Positions 49,330 to 60,900 of a stretch of 64,000 bases of DNA are shown here, piece after piece. The translations under genes were made by a program, and so were the position numbers. The notes under the pieces were generated by a model. That model was not told where the DNA came from. It ran no database searches and worked only from the letters and a program-made list of their open reading frames with translations. Source of the DNA: Terriglobia bacterium (GTDB taxonomy: Bacteria > Acidobacteriota > Terriglobia > 20CM-2-55-15); the NCBI GenBank assembly GCA_963664115.2, contig CAXWPJ010000009.1:288001-352000 (forward strand), in the 5' to 3' direction. Each line of letters opens with the position of its first letter. The stretch's first letter is position 1.

Positions 49330-52086
49330 TTAGTTACCCAGGGTGACTTCTTGGGCCTTGCCGTAGTAGATGCCGTTGAAGAGGAATTTGAAGGTGCCGT
49401 GGGATTGAGCACGAAATGCGATTTCAGGGCCGAACAGGAACAGCTTGCCATCCCCCACTGTCGCGTCAATGACCGCGACAGTATCAGCAAGGTAGTTCTC
49501 GCCCCAGGCCCAACCGCTTCGTAGAGGATTCTCCCCGAACCATGCGACAGGCTCAATCCGGTTGGCGACGGCCTCAGGATCCAACCTGAACGTGGGGCTA
49601 CTGCTGAAAACGACATCGACTTCTGAACCGACCCCGAAAGCAAGGGGATGGTCATCGTTCACCTGGACCTGCAAGATCGAACCCGGTATAAAAAATCGTT
49701 CCTGTGGCAGTGTTTGCTCCTCACCGTCGGGAAGCCGCTCGAGAAGGGGGTCGGACACCGGCAGGCCAAGATGCCTGGCCAGAACGGTCGAGCTACCGAT
49801 AGTCAGGATCGTTCCACCAGCTTCGAGAAACTCCCGAAGTCGAGGTACGGTTCGAGTGAGCGTGGTCTTTCCCAATTGACTCCCGTATTGATCCGGAACG
49901 TCTCGCGCAGCCACTAACGCACTGTCTTCCTGATCTGAGGACGGTATCCCGTCATTGACGAATATCAGAACATCGAATCGCGCAGCCAGGTTGCCTCGAT
50001 CAAGCAGCGGGGAATAAACGACCTCAAAAGAAAATTCGAAGTTCTCCAGAAGAAAACGAGTCCAACCCGAGGGTTCCGATCCGCCATAACGGTCCCAGAG
50101 ACCGACTCTCACCTCATTGAGTTCGAGAGCATCGGCACTGGGTTCCGCCATCGTAGCTTCAAAAGCGAGCCCAAGCTCTGCAGCCAACTGCTCCAGTCGA
50201 GGAGGCGTGTTGGCCCCGGCCGGGATGTACATTGTGCCAACCGGATACGTCTTACCGTTCGCGTTGACGGATTCACGTAACCAATGAACGCTTTCACCTT
50301 CTTTCAAAAGCCGGTTGACGGCGATGAACGCATCATTGACCTGATGGCTCAGGAAAAAGCCCGCGGTATCGGGCAAGCGAAAAATCTGGCCGGCAGGAGG
50401 TTCGGCCGCGCCATCGATCTCTTCGAAAGGTCCATCGAAGTCTTCGAGAATTCTGTCAAACTCCACTCCCATCTGATAAGCGAGCGTCCATCCCGTCATG
50501 TCATAAGGCCGGGTCGGCGGTGCTCCAGGAAAAGCGAAGTCATCGGGATAGTCCTGAGGCTCGAACATGTCCAGAACGTGAGGACGAAACGCCTGGGCTG
50601 TCTTGACGACATAGGAACCTGCCGGATACGTTCGCCCATCGACCGCGAAAGCACGGGTTGCGCGATGGATCTCAACACCGCTCTTGATCAGCACATCGAC
50701 GAACTTCGTCGCCGTCAGAAAGTCCGCTTGGCTGGATGAAATGATGTAGCCTCTGGCATCCCTCAGTTCAGGATCCCGGAGCATCTCAAAGTACTTCGGA
50801 TCTAGCTCGTCCCGGGCATCGGAAGAGTTCGCCCCATCGGCCTGCACCTGGGCATCGATCAAAGACACCCTGCTTGGAGTGATGGTCCAGCTGTCACGGC
50901 TTCCGCGTTCGATTGAATTCGTCCCCATCCGCCAGATGTTGAACAACAGGGTGTCTCGATACCGCGAGGCAACATCCAGGACGGCACGATTCGCGGTTAT
51001 CGAGTACTCGACAGATTGGCGGAAATGCCAGGTCTGAGGTTCGATCGGTGAGGGATAGTCTCCCTGTGGCAATTGCCTCTCAACAACAAAGGGAATCTCC
51101 TGAGGCGTGGGACTACCGACGGTCTCGGTCAGCAACCCGATCATGTTGTGAAAATACGGACTCGTTCTCAACCCACCATTCCACCACGTGGAGTAGGTCC
51201 CACCGGATCGCATCGTCGCTCCAGCCTTTCCCTCGGCCAAAAAGCGGCTATGCATGGCACCGCCGACCAGGTCGAGGCTTGTCACGATCAAAGGATCAAA
51301 GTTGTAATTGAACGGGTCCCGGAAAGGTGGTGCAAACAAAACGGTCCCTTTTGGACCACTTTGATGGTGATTGTACACGATCTGAGGAAACCACTCGCGA
51401 TACAGAATCCGATTAATCGCTTGGGTTTCGGGCTGGGAAGACATGTAGAAGTCGCGGTTGTTATCATGACCTGTGTACTTCTGGTACAGCCTCGGCAAGT
51501 TGGAGATCGAACGCTCTTCGGGATTGGACTCACGCATGTACCAGTCCGCGACCAGTTCCAAACCGTCCGGATTGACACATGTAGCCAGCAGTATCGTGTC
51601 ATCGAGCAACCGGAGGGTTTCGTCGTCCGTGCGGCTGACCATTTGGTAGACGAGTTCAATCAACTGCTGGGCTCCCAGCATCTCACTCGCGTGGAGGCCA
51701 CCGTCGATCCATACGACTGATCGGCCCGCGCTGGCCAGTTCCCGCGCCTCGGCCTCTGAGACGTCTTTTGCCAGTGCCAGACGTCGAGATATGTCCTTGT
51801 ACCGATCGAGATTCTCGTGATTCTCCGCAGAAGTAATGATCGCCATGTAGATCGGACGGCCCTCGGCCGTCGTTCCAATGACCTCCAGCGCCATGCGGTC
51901 GGACTCTGAAGCCAATCGCTTCCAATAGGCTTCCAGTTGTGTGTAGCTCGCAATCTGGTAGTCGTCACCCAGACTAAAGCCGAACTCTTCGAAAGGGGTC
52001 GTGATCTCCGTCTGGGCGAAGACCTGGGTGGACACGAGGGCACAGACCAAAACGAGCATCATCGTGCGTGCCTTTGGATCGAACAT
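49330..52086 (-). CDS. Secreted M14 family zinc metallopeptidase
   Basis: GLHASE, NPDG, HDNNRD, NHHQ; signal peptide after ATG 52086. Confidence 0.88.
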   Translation of the reverse strand: MFDPKARTMMLVLVCALVSTQVFAQTEITTPFEEFGFSLGDDYQIASYTQLEAYWKRLASESDRMALEVIGTTAEGRPIYMAIITSAENHENLDRYKDISRRLALAKDVSEAEARELASAGRSVVWIDGGLHASEMLGAQQLIELVYQMVSRTDDETLRLLDDTILLATCVNPDGLELVADWYMRESNPEERSISNLPRLYQKYTGHDNNRDFYMSSQPETQAINRILYREWFPQIVYNHHQSGPKGTVLFAPPFRDPFNYNFDPLIVTSLDLVGGAMHSRFLAEGKAGATMRSGGTYSTWWNGGLRTSPYFHNMIGLLTETVGSPTPQEIPFVVERQLPQGDYPSPIEPQTWHFRQSVEYSITANRAVLDVASRYRDTLLFNIWRMGTNSIERGSRDSWTITPSRVSLIDAQVQADGANSSDARDELDPKYFEMLRDPELRDARGYIISSSQADFLTATKFVDVLIKSGVEIHRATRAFAVDGRTYPAGSYVVKTAQAFRPHVLDMFEPQDYPDDFAFPGAPPTRPYDMTGWTLAYQMGVEFDRILEDFDGPFEEIDGAAEPPAGQIFRLPDTAGFFLSHQVNDAFIAVNRLLKEGESVHWLRESVNANGKTYPVGTMYIPAGANTPPRLEQLAAELGLAFEATMAEPSADALELNEVRVGLWDRYGGSEPSGWTRFLLENFEFSFEVVYSPLLDRGNLAARFDVLIFVNDGIPSSDQEDSALVAARDVPDQYGSQLGKTTLTRTVPRLREFLEAGGTILTIGSSTVLARHLGLPVSDPLLERLPDGEEQTLPQERFFIPGSILQVQVNDDHPLAFGVGSEVDVVFSSSPTFRLDPEAVANRIEPVAWFGENPLRSGWAWGENYLADTVAVIDATVGDGKLFLFGPEIAFRAQSHGTFKFLFNGIYYGKAQEVTLGN

Positions 52087-52225
52087 GAAACCCCCATCAA
52101 CAATTATTCGCTGATGCATTGATTGTAAGAACTTGTGACCCTGCGAACCACTCAAATGTGCTAAAAGAATAATGTTGCCTGCCGCTAATGGCAGTTGATC
52201 GATCCCGCCGGTATGTCAGGAAACT

Positions 52226-52528
52226 ATGCCGTTCGACCCGACCCTTCGCCAGATCATTGCGTCACTTCGGAGTTCCAGTGAATGGGACGAAGAACTGGAT
52301 CTGCGCCTTCTCCAGAGTCTCTGGGTCCAGCTGGTGGGGGAGTCACTTGCCGAAGCAACAGCCGCCATCGCGATCGACGACGGCCGTGTCATCATTCGAG
52401 TTCCCGATCCGACGTGGAAGCGCCAACTGCTATCTATTAAGCCCTGGCTGATACGGCGTATGAACGAACCGTGGCCAAACGGATGGATCACTGACATTGG
52501 ATTTACCTATGAAAATAAGCGCAACTGA
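52226..52528 (+). CDS. DUF721 / DciA family protein
   Basis: W..LVG..LA..T...I..G...I.V.D..WK.QL pattern, 100 aa. Confidence 0.7.
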   Translation: MPFDPTLRQIIASLRSSSEWDEELDLRLLQSLWVQLVGESLAEATAAIAIDDGRVIIRVPDPTWKRQLLSIKPWLIRRMNEPWPNGWITDIGFTYENKRN

Positions 52529-52790
52529 TGTTGCATACGTCGCCGGGCTGGCCAACCTTGAAGTCGCCGAAGAAGAACAAGAAGGCCTGGCGGCACAACT
52601 CAGCCGAATCGTCGAATACGTCGAACTCCTGAACACCCTCGATACCGACGATGTCGAGCCAACCTCTCAAGTGGTCACCGAGGTGTCGCATGTCCAACGT
52701 GAAGACCGTGCTGCGGCTCGCGCAGGAAGCTCCGAAACCGCGAAAACGGTCGGACTGTTCAAGGTACCGCGGGTGATCACCGAACGATGA
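52509..52790 (+). CDS. gatC: Asp/Glu-tRNA amidotransferase subunit C
   Basis: [27 protein letters not shown]; directly upstream of gatA. Confidence 0.92.
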   Translation: MKISATDVAYVAGLANLEVAEEEQEGLAAQLSRIVEYVELLNTLDTDDVEPTSQVVTEVSHVQREDRAAARAGSSETAKTVGLFKVPRVITER

Positions 52791-54229
52791 ATCTTAAGAA
52801 CATCACGTCAGACGCCCTCGTCGAAAAGTACAGGAACCGGGAAATAGCGGTCCAGGAAGTTATCGAAGACGTCTTTGATGAAATCGATCGCGTCGACCCG
52901 GATCTGGGAGCCTTTATTCACACGCGAAAGGACGCAGCCCTGGAGGAGGCGCGGGTCCTCGATCAGGCCATCGCGAATGGACAGACTCTTTCGCCCCTGG
53001 CCGGCGTTCCGGTTGCCATAAAGGACAACATGAACATCCGGGGTATCCGAACGACGTGCGGGTCGAAGATTCTTGAGGAATACGTCCCTTCCTACACGTC
53101 GACAGCAGTAGAGCGCCTGCAGCACGCAGGAGCCATTGTAGTCGGAAAGACGAATCTGGACGAATTTGCCATGGGCTCTTCGACGGAAAACTCAGCATTC
53201 TATCCCACTCGAAATCCCCATGATCACGACCGCGTTCCAGGAGGTTCCAGCGGCGGTTCGGCCGCGGCCGTCGCCGCAGGGTTGGTCAGCCTGTCACTGG
53301 GATCCGACACGGGCGGTTCCATTCGCCAGCCGGCATCGTTTTGCGGCGTGGTGGGAGTTAAACCGACTTACGGACGGGTTTCACGCTACGGACTGGTGGC
53401 CTTTGCATCGTCGCTGGATCAGATTGGCCCGTTTACGCGAACGGTTCGAGAATCGGCACAGGTGCTCGAGACGATATGTGGCTTTGATCCGTTGGACTCA
53501 ACGTCGACCGAGGTCGGGGTCGAAGACTGGACCGGAACACTCGACCAACCGGCACGCGGTTTACGGATCGGTGTACCTAAAGAGTATTTTGTGGACGGTA
53601 TGGACACGGCAGTCCGCGACAAGATCCAGGACGCAATCGCCACACTCGAAGGGCTGGGCTGTAAGGTCAAGCAAGTCAGCCTGCCACATACCGGTTATGC
53701 GGTCGCCACCTACTATTTGATTGCCACGGCGGAAGCCAGCTCCAACCTGGCTCGCTACGATGGCGTCCGATACGGGCTCCGCGTGGAAGGAGCTACACAC
53801 CAGGAGATGTACCGTCAGACACGCATGCGTGGATTCGGAAGCGAGGTGAAACGCCGTATCCTGCTGGGCACATACGCTCTGAGCACCGGATACTACGATG
53901 CTTACTATCTGAAGGCGCAGAAAGTACGGACACTGATTCTCCGCGATTTTCAGAACGCCTTCGAAAAAGTCGATCTCATCGTGACGCCCACCTGCCCCAC
54001 AACGGCCTTCAAGCTCGGCGAAAAAACGGATGACCCCCTGTCGATGTACTTGTCCGATATCTTCACACTCACGTGCAACCTGGCGGGGCTGCCGGGAATT
54101 TCCATGCCCTGCGGCAAAGGATCCGACGGCATGCCGATCGGCATGCAGCTGCTCGGGAATCATTTTGAAGAAGGACAGCTGCTACGTGTAGCCCATCAGT
54201 TTGAACAGGCAGGCGGATTCAACTCGTGA
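52787..54229 (+). CDS. gatA: Asp/Glu-tRNA amidotransferase subunit A
   Basis: [45 protein letters not shown]. Confidence 0.96.
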   Translation: MNLKNITSDALVEKYRNREIAVQEVIEDVFDEIDRVDPDLGAFIHTRKDAALEEARVLDQAIANGQTLSPLAGVPVAIKDNMNIRGIRTTCGSKILEEYVPSYTSTAVERLQHAGAIVVGKTNLDEFAMGSSTENSAFYPTRNPHDHDRVPGGSSGGSAAAVAAGLVSLSLGSDTGGSIRQPASFCGVVGVKPTYGRVSRYGLVAFASSLDQIGPFTRTVRESAQVLETICGFDPLDSTSTEVGVEDWTGTLDQPARGLRIGVPKEYFVDGMDTAVRDKIQDAIATLEGLGCKVKQVSLPHTGYAVATYYLIATAEASSNLARYDGVRYGLRVEGATHQEMYRQTRMRGFGSEVKRRILLGTYALSTGYYDAYYLKAQKVRTLILRDFQNAFEKVDLIVTPTCPTTAFKLGEKTDDPLSMYLSDIFTLTCNLAGLPGISMPCGKGSDGMPIGMQLLGNHFEEGQLLRVAHQFEQAGGFNS

Positions 54230-54795
54230 CGGGACGGCTCCTCGGGACCCTTCTGAAGACAGCCCTCCCTGTCCTTATTCTTATCCTGTGGCTCGACATG
54301 CCCACACCGGCTCAAACTACCGGGCCTGACGTGATCGCGGTGGTAGATCTGCGGCAAGCGATCGAAGGCACCTCCGACTTTCAGCGGGCGTCGGAAGAGT
54401 GGACCTTGGCGATGACCGCGGAGACGGCCGACCTCTCCGCAAAACAGGAAGAGCTTCGTCAGGCCGAAGAACGGTTGGCGGCCGAACAGGACGAGCTGAA
54501 TGAATCAACGAGCACAACGCTGATTCGAACAGTGAACGAGCTGCGAAGAGAGTTCGATCGGATGAACGCCGATGTTCAAAACGAGCTGAACGGCTTGAGA
54601 GAGCGGCTCATCCTACCCATCACGGCGAAAGTCGATCGGGCTATCCGGGAGTTCGCGGAAGAAAATAATCTCGCTCTGATTCTGGATATTTCCAATCCCC
54701 AGGTCGGAATTTCCTTAAGCGATGACACCGTCGACATCACCACCGCGATTGTCGATTACATCGGAACTCCAGTAACATCGGAAGACATTCCATAG
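54226..54795 (+). CDS. OmpH/Skp periplasmic chaperone family protein
   Basis: Signal peptide, IAVVDL, long coiled coil, VDITTAI. Confidence 0.8.
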   Translation: MTGRLLGTLLKTALPVLILILWLDMPTPAQTTGPDVIAVVDLRQAIEGTSDFQRASEEWTLAMTAETADLSAKQEELRQAEERLAAEQDELNESTSTTLIRTVNELRREFDRMNADVQNELNGLRERLILPITAKVDRAIREFAEENNLALILDISNPQVGISLSDDTVDITTAIVDYIGTPVTSEDIP

Positions 54796-54999
54796 CGATC
54801 TTGCTACCAAATGCGTCCAGTACTGAATTAAGCCTCACGTTCGGTCACGCGCCGCCACCGACTTTCCGAAACATGGCCATCACATCCTGGAACTCCTCGG
54901 ACATCGGCTGTTTCATGAGGGCCACCGAGGGCAACGTCATTGAAATGCAGTGCCGGGAGTGAGAGCATATTTCCCCACTGAATGCAGGGCGTCGCAGGA

Positions 55000-55820
55000 A
55001 TGAAGACCATTCTAAGCATTGTAGCTTTCTTGCTGATACTCGCGGGGTGCATATGGATTCTACAGGGCATTAACATCCTCCCGGGTAGCTTCATGACCGG
55101 TCAGATTGAATGGGCTGTGTACGGCGGACTGGCCGTAGCATTCGGCGCTGGTTTGTTCCTCGCGAACAACCGCGGCCTGCAAAGCGCTTCCACTGAGATC
55201 GAGGACGAAAGCCAGGTGAAGGGCTCTCATTCAATGCCACAGAACCCAAGCGGCTACGCTCGAAGTTTGACGCGCGTCTCCGAAGAATGGGGTGCGTGGG
55301 ATGAATATACGCAGGTCCGCAGACCGCTTTTGTTGCACTACGAGTTCCGTCGGAGCACGCCTGTGTGCCTGCTGACCGGTCTGGGGCTTGCGGTCTGGCG
55401 CTGGATTTCTGGTTCCTGGGCCTTGTCGTAGACAAAGGTCAGATTCTGGAGGGTTTCGCGTCGACAATCGCTGCCGCACTGGTGTTTCCAATTGGCCGAG
55501 GTGTCACCGTCGACGGAATCACTCGACGAGTCACTCGATGGTGGGGATGGGTGTACAAGCCGTTTTTCAAACAATCGCATGACTTTTCGGCTTTCAGCAT
55601 CGTTGATATCACCAAGAAGCTCGGACCAAAGTCTGGAGAACCGCATGTCGGCCGAGATGTGTTCCGCCCCGTCTGTCTCGTCACGTTGGACGGAAAGCGC
55701 GTGCTATTGAAAACCTGCACATGGATCAAGGGAGCGCGGGCGCTGGCTGTGGAAGTCGCGGATATCCTGTCGATTCCGGTTAACGATCACTTTCCGGAAG
55801 ACGAGGATTTCACCGAATGA
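55000..55820 (+). pseudogene. Small membrane protein running into a frameshifted hypothetical gene
   Basis: ~60-aa WILQGINILPGSFMTG membrane protein lacks a nearby stop; a second gene (MPQNP...) appears to switch frame near 55390 into ORF 55365-55820. Confidence 0.45.
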
Positions 55821-55899
55821 CTGAAAGGCGTTACCAACAAGTGCGATAAACCTTAAACCCGCGCTCTTTGTCTCCAAACCCCATCGCCTCAGCTGGAAC

Positions 55900-56199
55900 C
55901 AGGAATACCGTGTTTACAGCGATCGAATTGAATTGAGAGCCAAGATACTGTTTTGCACTCTGCGGATTCCATTGGACAAGATTGTTTCAATCACCGTACG
56001 TCCAAAACCGGCGACGGTTGATTTCCTCCGTCACCCTGTGGAAACCTTGTGGTCCTATAACAACGACCGGGCTGCCTTTGCCCGGCACGTGTGTCTACAC
56101 CGCAAGGGCTGGCCACCCAGGATTCGGTTTGTACCGGATGATCCCGACCAGTTTGTCGCTGTATGCAGGGAGCTTCTGGAACAGGCGTCTCCCCAATAG
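55900..56199 (+). pseudogene. 5'-truncated PH-domain-like hypothetical gene
   Basis: YRVYSDRIELR..TLRIPLDKI...RIRFVPDDPDQFV with no good start codon or RBS. Confidence 0.35.
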
Positions 56200-56241
56200 G
56201 CTGGGGCATTGGCACAGATCGGCTGTCCGAGATGGAATAGT

Positions 56242-56607
56242 ATGGGCAAGAAAGGAGACCGCCTGACGGCAAAATCAACACTCGTTGCCGAAGACTTCGT
56301 TCGGCGATTGGCTCCGTTGGGCGAGGTCTCAGGTAAGAAGATGTTCGGAGGATTCGGCATATTCGAAAGCGGAACAATGTTCGCCCTCGTAGGCTCCAGC
56401 GGTCAATTATTCTTAAAAGTCGACGATTCGAATCGAAAGGACTTCGAGACCGCCGGATCGGATCAACATGGCCGGATGCCGTATTTCTCGTTACCCGATG
56501 AGGTTTTGGGCCGGGACGTGGAACCCCGCGAATGGGCCAGCCGAGCCATCGAAACCGCCCATCGAGCTAAAGCAGCAGGTGGTACAACACGGAAGGGTCG
56601 CGTTTGA
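56242..56607 (+). CDS. TfoX/Sxy N-terminal domain protein
   Basis: KKMFGGFGIF..MFALV...LFLKVD...MPYF. Confidence 0.88.
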   Translation: MGKKGDRLTAKSTLVAEDFVRRLAPLGEVSGKKMFGGFGIFESGTMFALVGSSGQLFLKVDDSNRKDFETAGSDQHGRMPYFSLPDEVLGRDVEPREWASRAIETAHRAKAAGGTTRKGRV

Positions 56608-57110
56608 CTACTTTCGATCCATCGCAGTTCCATATCAGAGCGGGAACCGAAAAGGACGTGGACCTGCTCCTTGAACTGATCAAGGGTTTGGCGGAATACG
56701 AAAAGCTGGGCCACGAAGTTACAGCAAGCGCTGAGCTACTCCGCGATACACTTTTCGGACCCAAGCCCGCGGCTGAAGTCGTCATCGGATACGCCGGGGC
56801 TGAACCCGCGGGATTCGCCCTCTTCTTTCCGACCTATTCGACGTTTCTAGGCCAGCCCGGACTCTACCTGGAAGACCTGTTCGTTGTACCCAAGTGGCGC
56901 AATCACGGGATAGGGCGTCGGTTGCTGAGCCATCTGGCGGGCATCGCGTTGGAGCGTGACTATGGACGCATGGACTGGTCCGTTTTGGATTGGAATGAGT
57001 CTGCCATTCGCTTCTACAAAAAGCTCGGGGCCCGATCAATGGATGACTGGAAACTTTGCCGACTTACAGGTGAGGCCCTCCGCGCACTCGCGAAAAACGA
57101 CAGCCTTTGA
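56604..57110 (+). CDS. GNAT family N-acetyltransferase (SSAT-like)
   Basis: LAEYEKL, LYLEDLFV..RNHGIG, VLDWNESAI.FY. Confidence 0.92.
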   Translation: MTTFDPSQFHIRAGTEKDVDLLLELIKGLAEYEKLGHEVTASAELLRDTLFGPKPAAEVVIGYAGAEPAGFALFFPTYSTFLGQPGLYLEDLFVVPKWRNHGIGRRLLSHLAGIALERDYGRMDWSVLDWNESAIRFYKKLGARSMDDWKLCRLTGEALRALAKNDSL

Positions 57111-57325
57111 TGCAGACTCCAAAAGAGATGAAATCACTTTATCCTGAGGTACTCTGGGTATGATCCAGAACATCGATAGTTCAGACGGGGGTACCTCGTC
57201 GACTACGCACCGGAACTCTGAAAGCCAACTCATGCGAGTCAAACACTTGGATGTTCCCTTCGGACCAGGCTGTTTAGGACGAAGCCTCGAACTCTCAAAC
57301 CCATAATCCATAGAAAGGAAAACGT

Positions 57326-57880
57326 ATGAAGACCGCACTGATTCTTGTTGATATACAAAACGATTATTTCGAAGGAGGACAGATGGAGCTGGTCGGAATG
57401 GCCGAGGCCAGCACGAAAGCCGGACGGTTGTTGTCCTATTTTCGTGAGAACGAATTGTCTGCCTTTCACATTCAGCACGTCGCAGCCGATCCGGGTCTAG
57501 GCTTCTTTCTCCCCAATACAGATGGAGTCGAACTTCACGACAGTATCAAGCCCCTGCCGAATGAAACCGTCATTCAGAAACATCATCCGAACGGTTTTAG
57601 AGAAACAATCCTAGGCGAAGAACTCAGCAAGGCTGAAGTTGGCCGCGTTGTAATCTGTGGTGCGATGAGTCATATGTGCATCGACGCCACAACACGTGCG
57701 GCCGCCGATTCGGGCCTGGAATGCATTCTCGTCCATGACACCTGCGCAACGCGTGACCTCGAATTCCAAGGCCGGACGATACCCGCTCGAGAAGTTCATG
57801 ATTCATTCATGGCGTCCCTGGGTTGGGGTTACGCAAAAGCGCTCACCCTCGACGAGTTTCTGTCACAATCTGAGACATAA
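57326..57880 (+). CDS. Isochorismatase-like cysteine hydrolase
   Basis: ALILVDIQNDYF and GAMSHMCIDATTR. Confidence 0.92.
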   Translation: MKTALILVDIQNDYFEGGQMELVGMAEASTKAGRLLSYFRENELSAFHIQHVAADPGLGFFLPNTDGVELHDSIKPLPNETVIQKHHPNGFRETILGEELSKAEVGRVVICGAMSHMCIDATTRAAADSGLECILVHDTCATRDLEFQGRTIPAREVHDSFMASLGWGYAKALTLDEFLSQSET

Positions 57881-57973
57881 TCAACAAGTATCAGAACCCC
57901 TTGCGATAAGGAAATCATCGTCGGATACCTTAACTTGATAATTGTCGGAGTGGGACGGTAAACGCGTCTCGAA

Positions 57974-60900
57974 CTACTTGAATCGCCTCCTGAGCCGGAT
58001 ATCCACACCAAACGCCCCGGTTTCATCCCGGGATGCGATAAAAGACGTATCGTTGTTCAGGAAATACTCGATCAGAATAATCTGCTGTTTGGCCGATGAG
58101 AGGTCCTGGGAGTAAGTAATTGCCAGATCCCGGGTAATTTGCTCGGATATAGTTACACGGGCGACCGAGTTGTTTTCGGCTCCTACGAGGAAGGGGTCAA
58201 TCCTCACGCGCCCCAACACCCCGAGACGCGAGCCGACGCGCTCTTGAAGTAAGTCCGCGAGAATAGTGGCCGCCCCTCCGGTGAAAAGCTGTTCGCTCGT
58301 CGGCACGAGACTCGCGTCCGGCCGGTCCTCGGCAAGTTCCTCACGGGTGCGTCCACCGGCTACCAGGCTGACAATTTCAAGTTGAGGTAGTGGGGGGTCC
58401 GAGCGCAGGTCCAGCCGCACGTCGTCTCCCCGTCCGGTGATCGCCAGCATGATTCTGTAGTCCCGCAACTCGGTCTCTGCCTGAACGTCGATCAACGGTT
58501 GAATTCCCAGGGGATCCACAAAGTCGATAGCGCCTCGTGAAATCCTGTAACGGGAGCCCTGGAAATTGAGGTTGCCCGCCGTGCTTTCGATGTGGCCTGT
58601 CATCGTGGGATCGCCCCACGTACCCCCAATATCCAGATCGAGCCTCGCGTCGATGCTGACGACTTCGTTCTCGACCCGGATGTTGCGATCTCCGGCAACA
58701 TGGAGAGCGAGCGCCAGCTGATCGAGCGGACCCTCCGAGTCAGCACCCCCAAGGCCGCCGCCTAACATCTCGAGGAACGCGTCAAAGCTCTCGTCGAAAG
58801 ACAGGTCGATAACCTGCAGGTTGCCTTCGAGAGACGGGGTCTGCCCCGTGCCACCTAAGACCAGGGCGCCGTTGACGACGATTCGCAAGCCCTCGGCAGT
58901 CCGCACCCGAACATTCGACGCATCCAGCCGGATATCGAAGTCGCCGGGACCGGCACGTTCCACGCCAACCGTCCCTCTCAGGGTGACATCACCTCCACCG
59001 GCGTTACCCCGGATGTCGTTCAAGTTCACACGATTTCCGTCAAAGAAGAGATCTCCTGACAGGGAGGACAGACTCAGGAACAAGCTCTCGTGACCCAATG
59101 AAACGCTTTCCAGCGTCGCGATGCCACCCAATTCCGGACTGGCCAGGGTGCCACTCACCTGACCGTCTACCACTATGATGCCTTCTCCTTCGAGTCCCGC
59201 GTACCCACTGAGAACAAGCGATAGATCCACGTTCCCCCGCACTGAAAGGTCCAGTGGCGCTTGCTCCGACACCGCCACTGTTCCCTCCAATACAAGGGCG
59301 GTTGCATCACCTGCCAGCTCGATGCTCGACACCTGAACGCGTTCAGAATCGAACTCGAAAGTGAAGGGCTGAGAGACACGCAGATCACGGTCCTGGAAAC
59401 GCGCTGTCAAGCCGGTTACCTGCCCCCTACCTTCGAGTCCTGCCAGATCCCGTAGTTGTCCTCCGAACGTGGCGGTTCCGGATACGGTCAGCGACCCGTT
59501 ACTCAATCCCACCGGTCGATCGGCGCCATAGTCGACAAAACTCGCCGTACCCTGGAACGGATAGCCGTCCACGGCGGTGTCGATTTCTGCCGCGAGAGAA
59601 AGTTCAGGGCCTGCCTGTATCTCGGCACGCATACTGCGCCCGATGGTTTCGATTTCGAGGACGGCCTCGGGAAAGTACTGTTCGCGAAAGCGGAAATCGT
59701 CAAGCACCGCCTGACCTTCGACCAGCGGCGCACCCACAGTTCCCTCTACTCCAAACGAAGCGGTCCTCACCTCTCCGGCGAGTCCGGCCGGGACACCCAG
59801 CCATTGGTAATCCTCAAGCCGGTGTCCGGAAAAAACAACGCTGCCGGCAAGTGTCCCGGTTCCTTGCTCATACAGAACGTCTCCCGCAAGCGATGCTGCT
59901 CCCTGATTCACCGCTATATTCGAAACGTGGACAGTATCGGGATCGAACATCACCGCAGCCTCGACGCGGCCGACCCGATTGCCGTCATAAGAAAAAGCGG
60001 CCGACTCCAACTGCGCATCAAAACGTAAAGGATCAATAGAGAAGAGACGAAGCTCACCGGAAACGACACCGTCCAATGGCCAGTTCACGAACCGACGGAG
60101 TTCGACGGCATCGACTGCAACCAAGTCGACCCTCAGGTCGGGCAGCCCGAGGTCTCGATCGAATCTCCCGTTCACCCGAATTTCAGATTTCCCGTCCAGC
60201 ACGCGGACATTGTTCATTTCAACTTCATCCGAAGTCAGCGTCGCTCGCCCTTCGAGGCTATCGATCTCCAGCTCTCCATAGCTGTAACTGACAACCGTGA
60301 AGACTCCCGAGAGATTGGGTTCGGCGATACGGCCTTCGATGACACCCTCGAGCCGACCGTGTCCATTCGCAGGACCGTACAGAAAAGCCAGGTCTCTGAA
60401 ATCTTGCGACTCCACTACGAAGTCGAGCGCTGTCACTTCGCGATCAATCAGGCCGTTGGCCTCGAACGCAGTCGATCCCAACTGCGCGACCAGTCCAGTG
60501 ACTTCAATGGCGCCCGGAACGCCGTGATAGAGCGTCGAGCCCGAAATCGGTAGAGACACAGCCCCGGCAAACTCGGTCCTAAGAGCAGATTCGAATTGGG
60601 AGTTGCCTTGAAAGTCGAAGCGGACGAACTTTCCTTCGAACCATCCCGCGAGCGTTCCCCCGGCCGTGGAGGTCACGACATAAGGACCCTGCCATGGGTA
60701 GATTCTCCGAAGGGCCGTCGTGTCGATACCCTCGAAAGCCAGCTTCAGTTCAACCCGCCTCGCTGGCCCGGGCAACGACAACACTGCTGCGGTACCCGTT
60801 GTACGTCCGCCCAGGACATCGGCTGAGAGGCCGCTCGCCACGAGCGTCCTCTCGGGAAACGAGTATTCGAAGTCGGAGAAAAGGTTGGTCCCACTCCACC

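Noticed and set aside
52509-54229. gatCA without gatB
   Set aside because: Split gat operons are common, so gatB is probably elsewhere.
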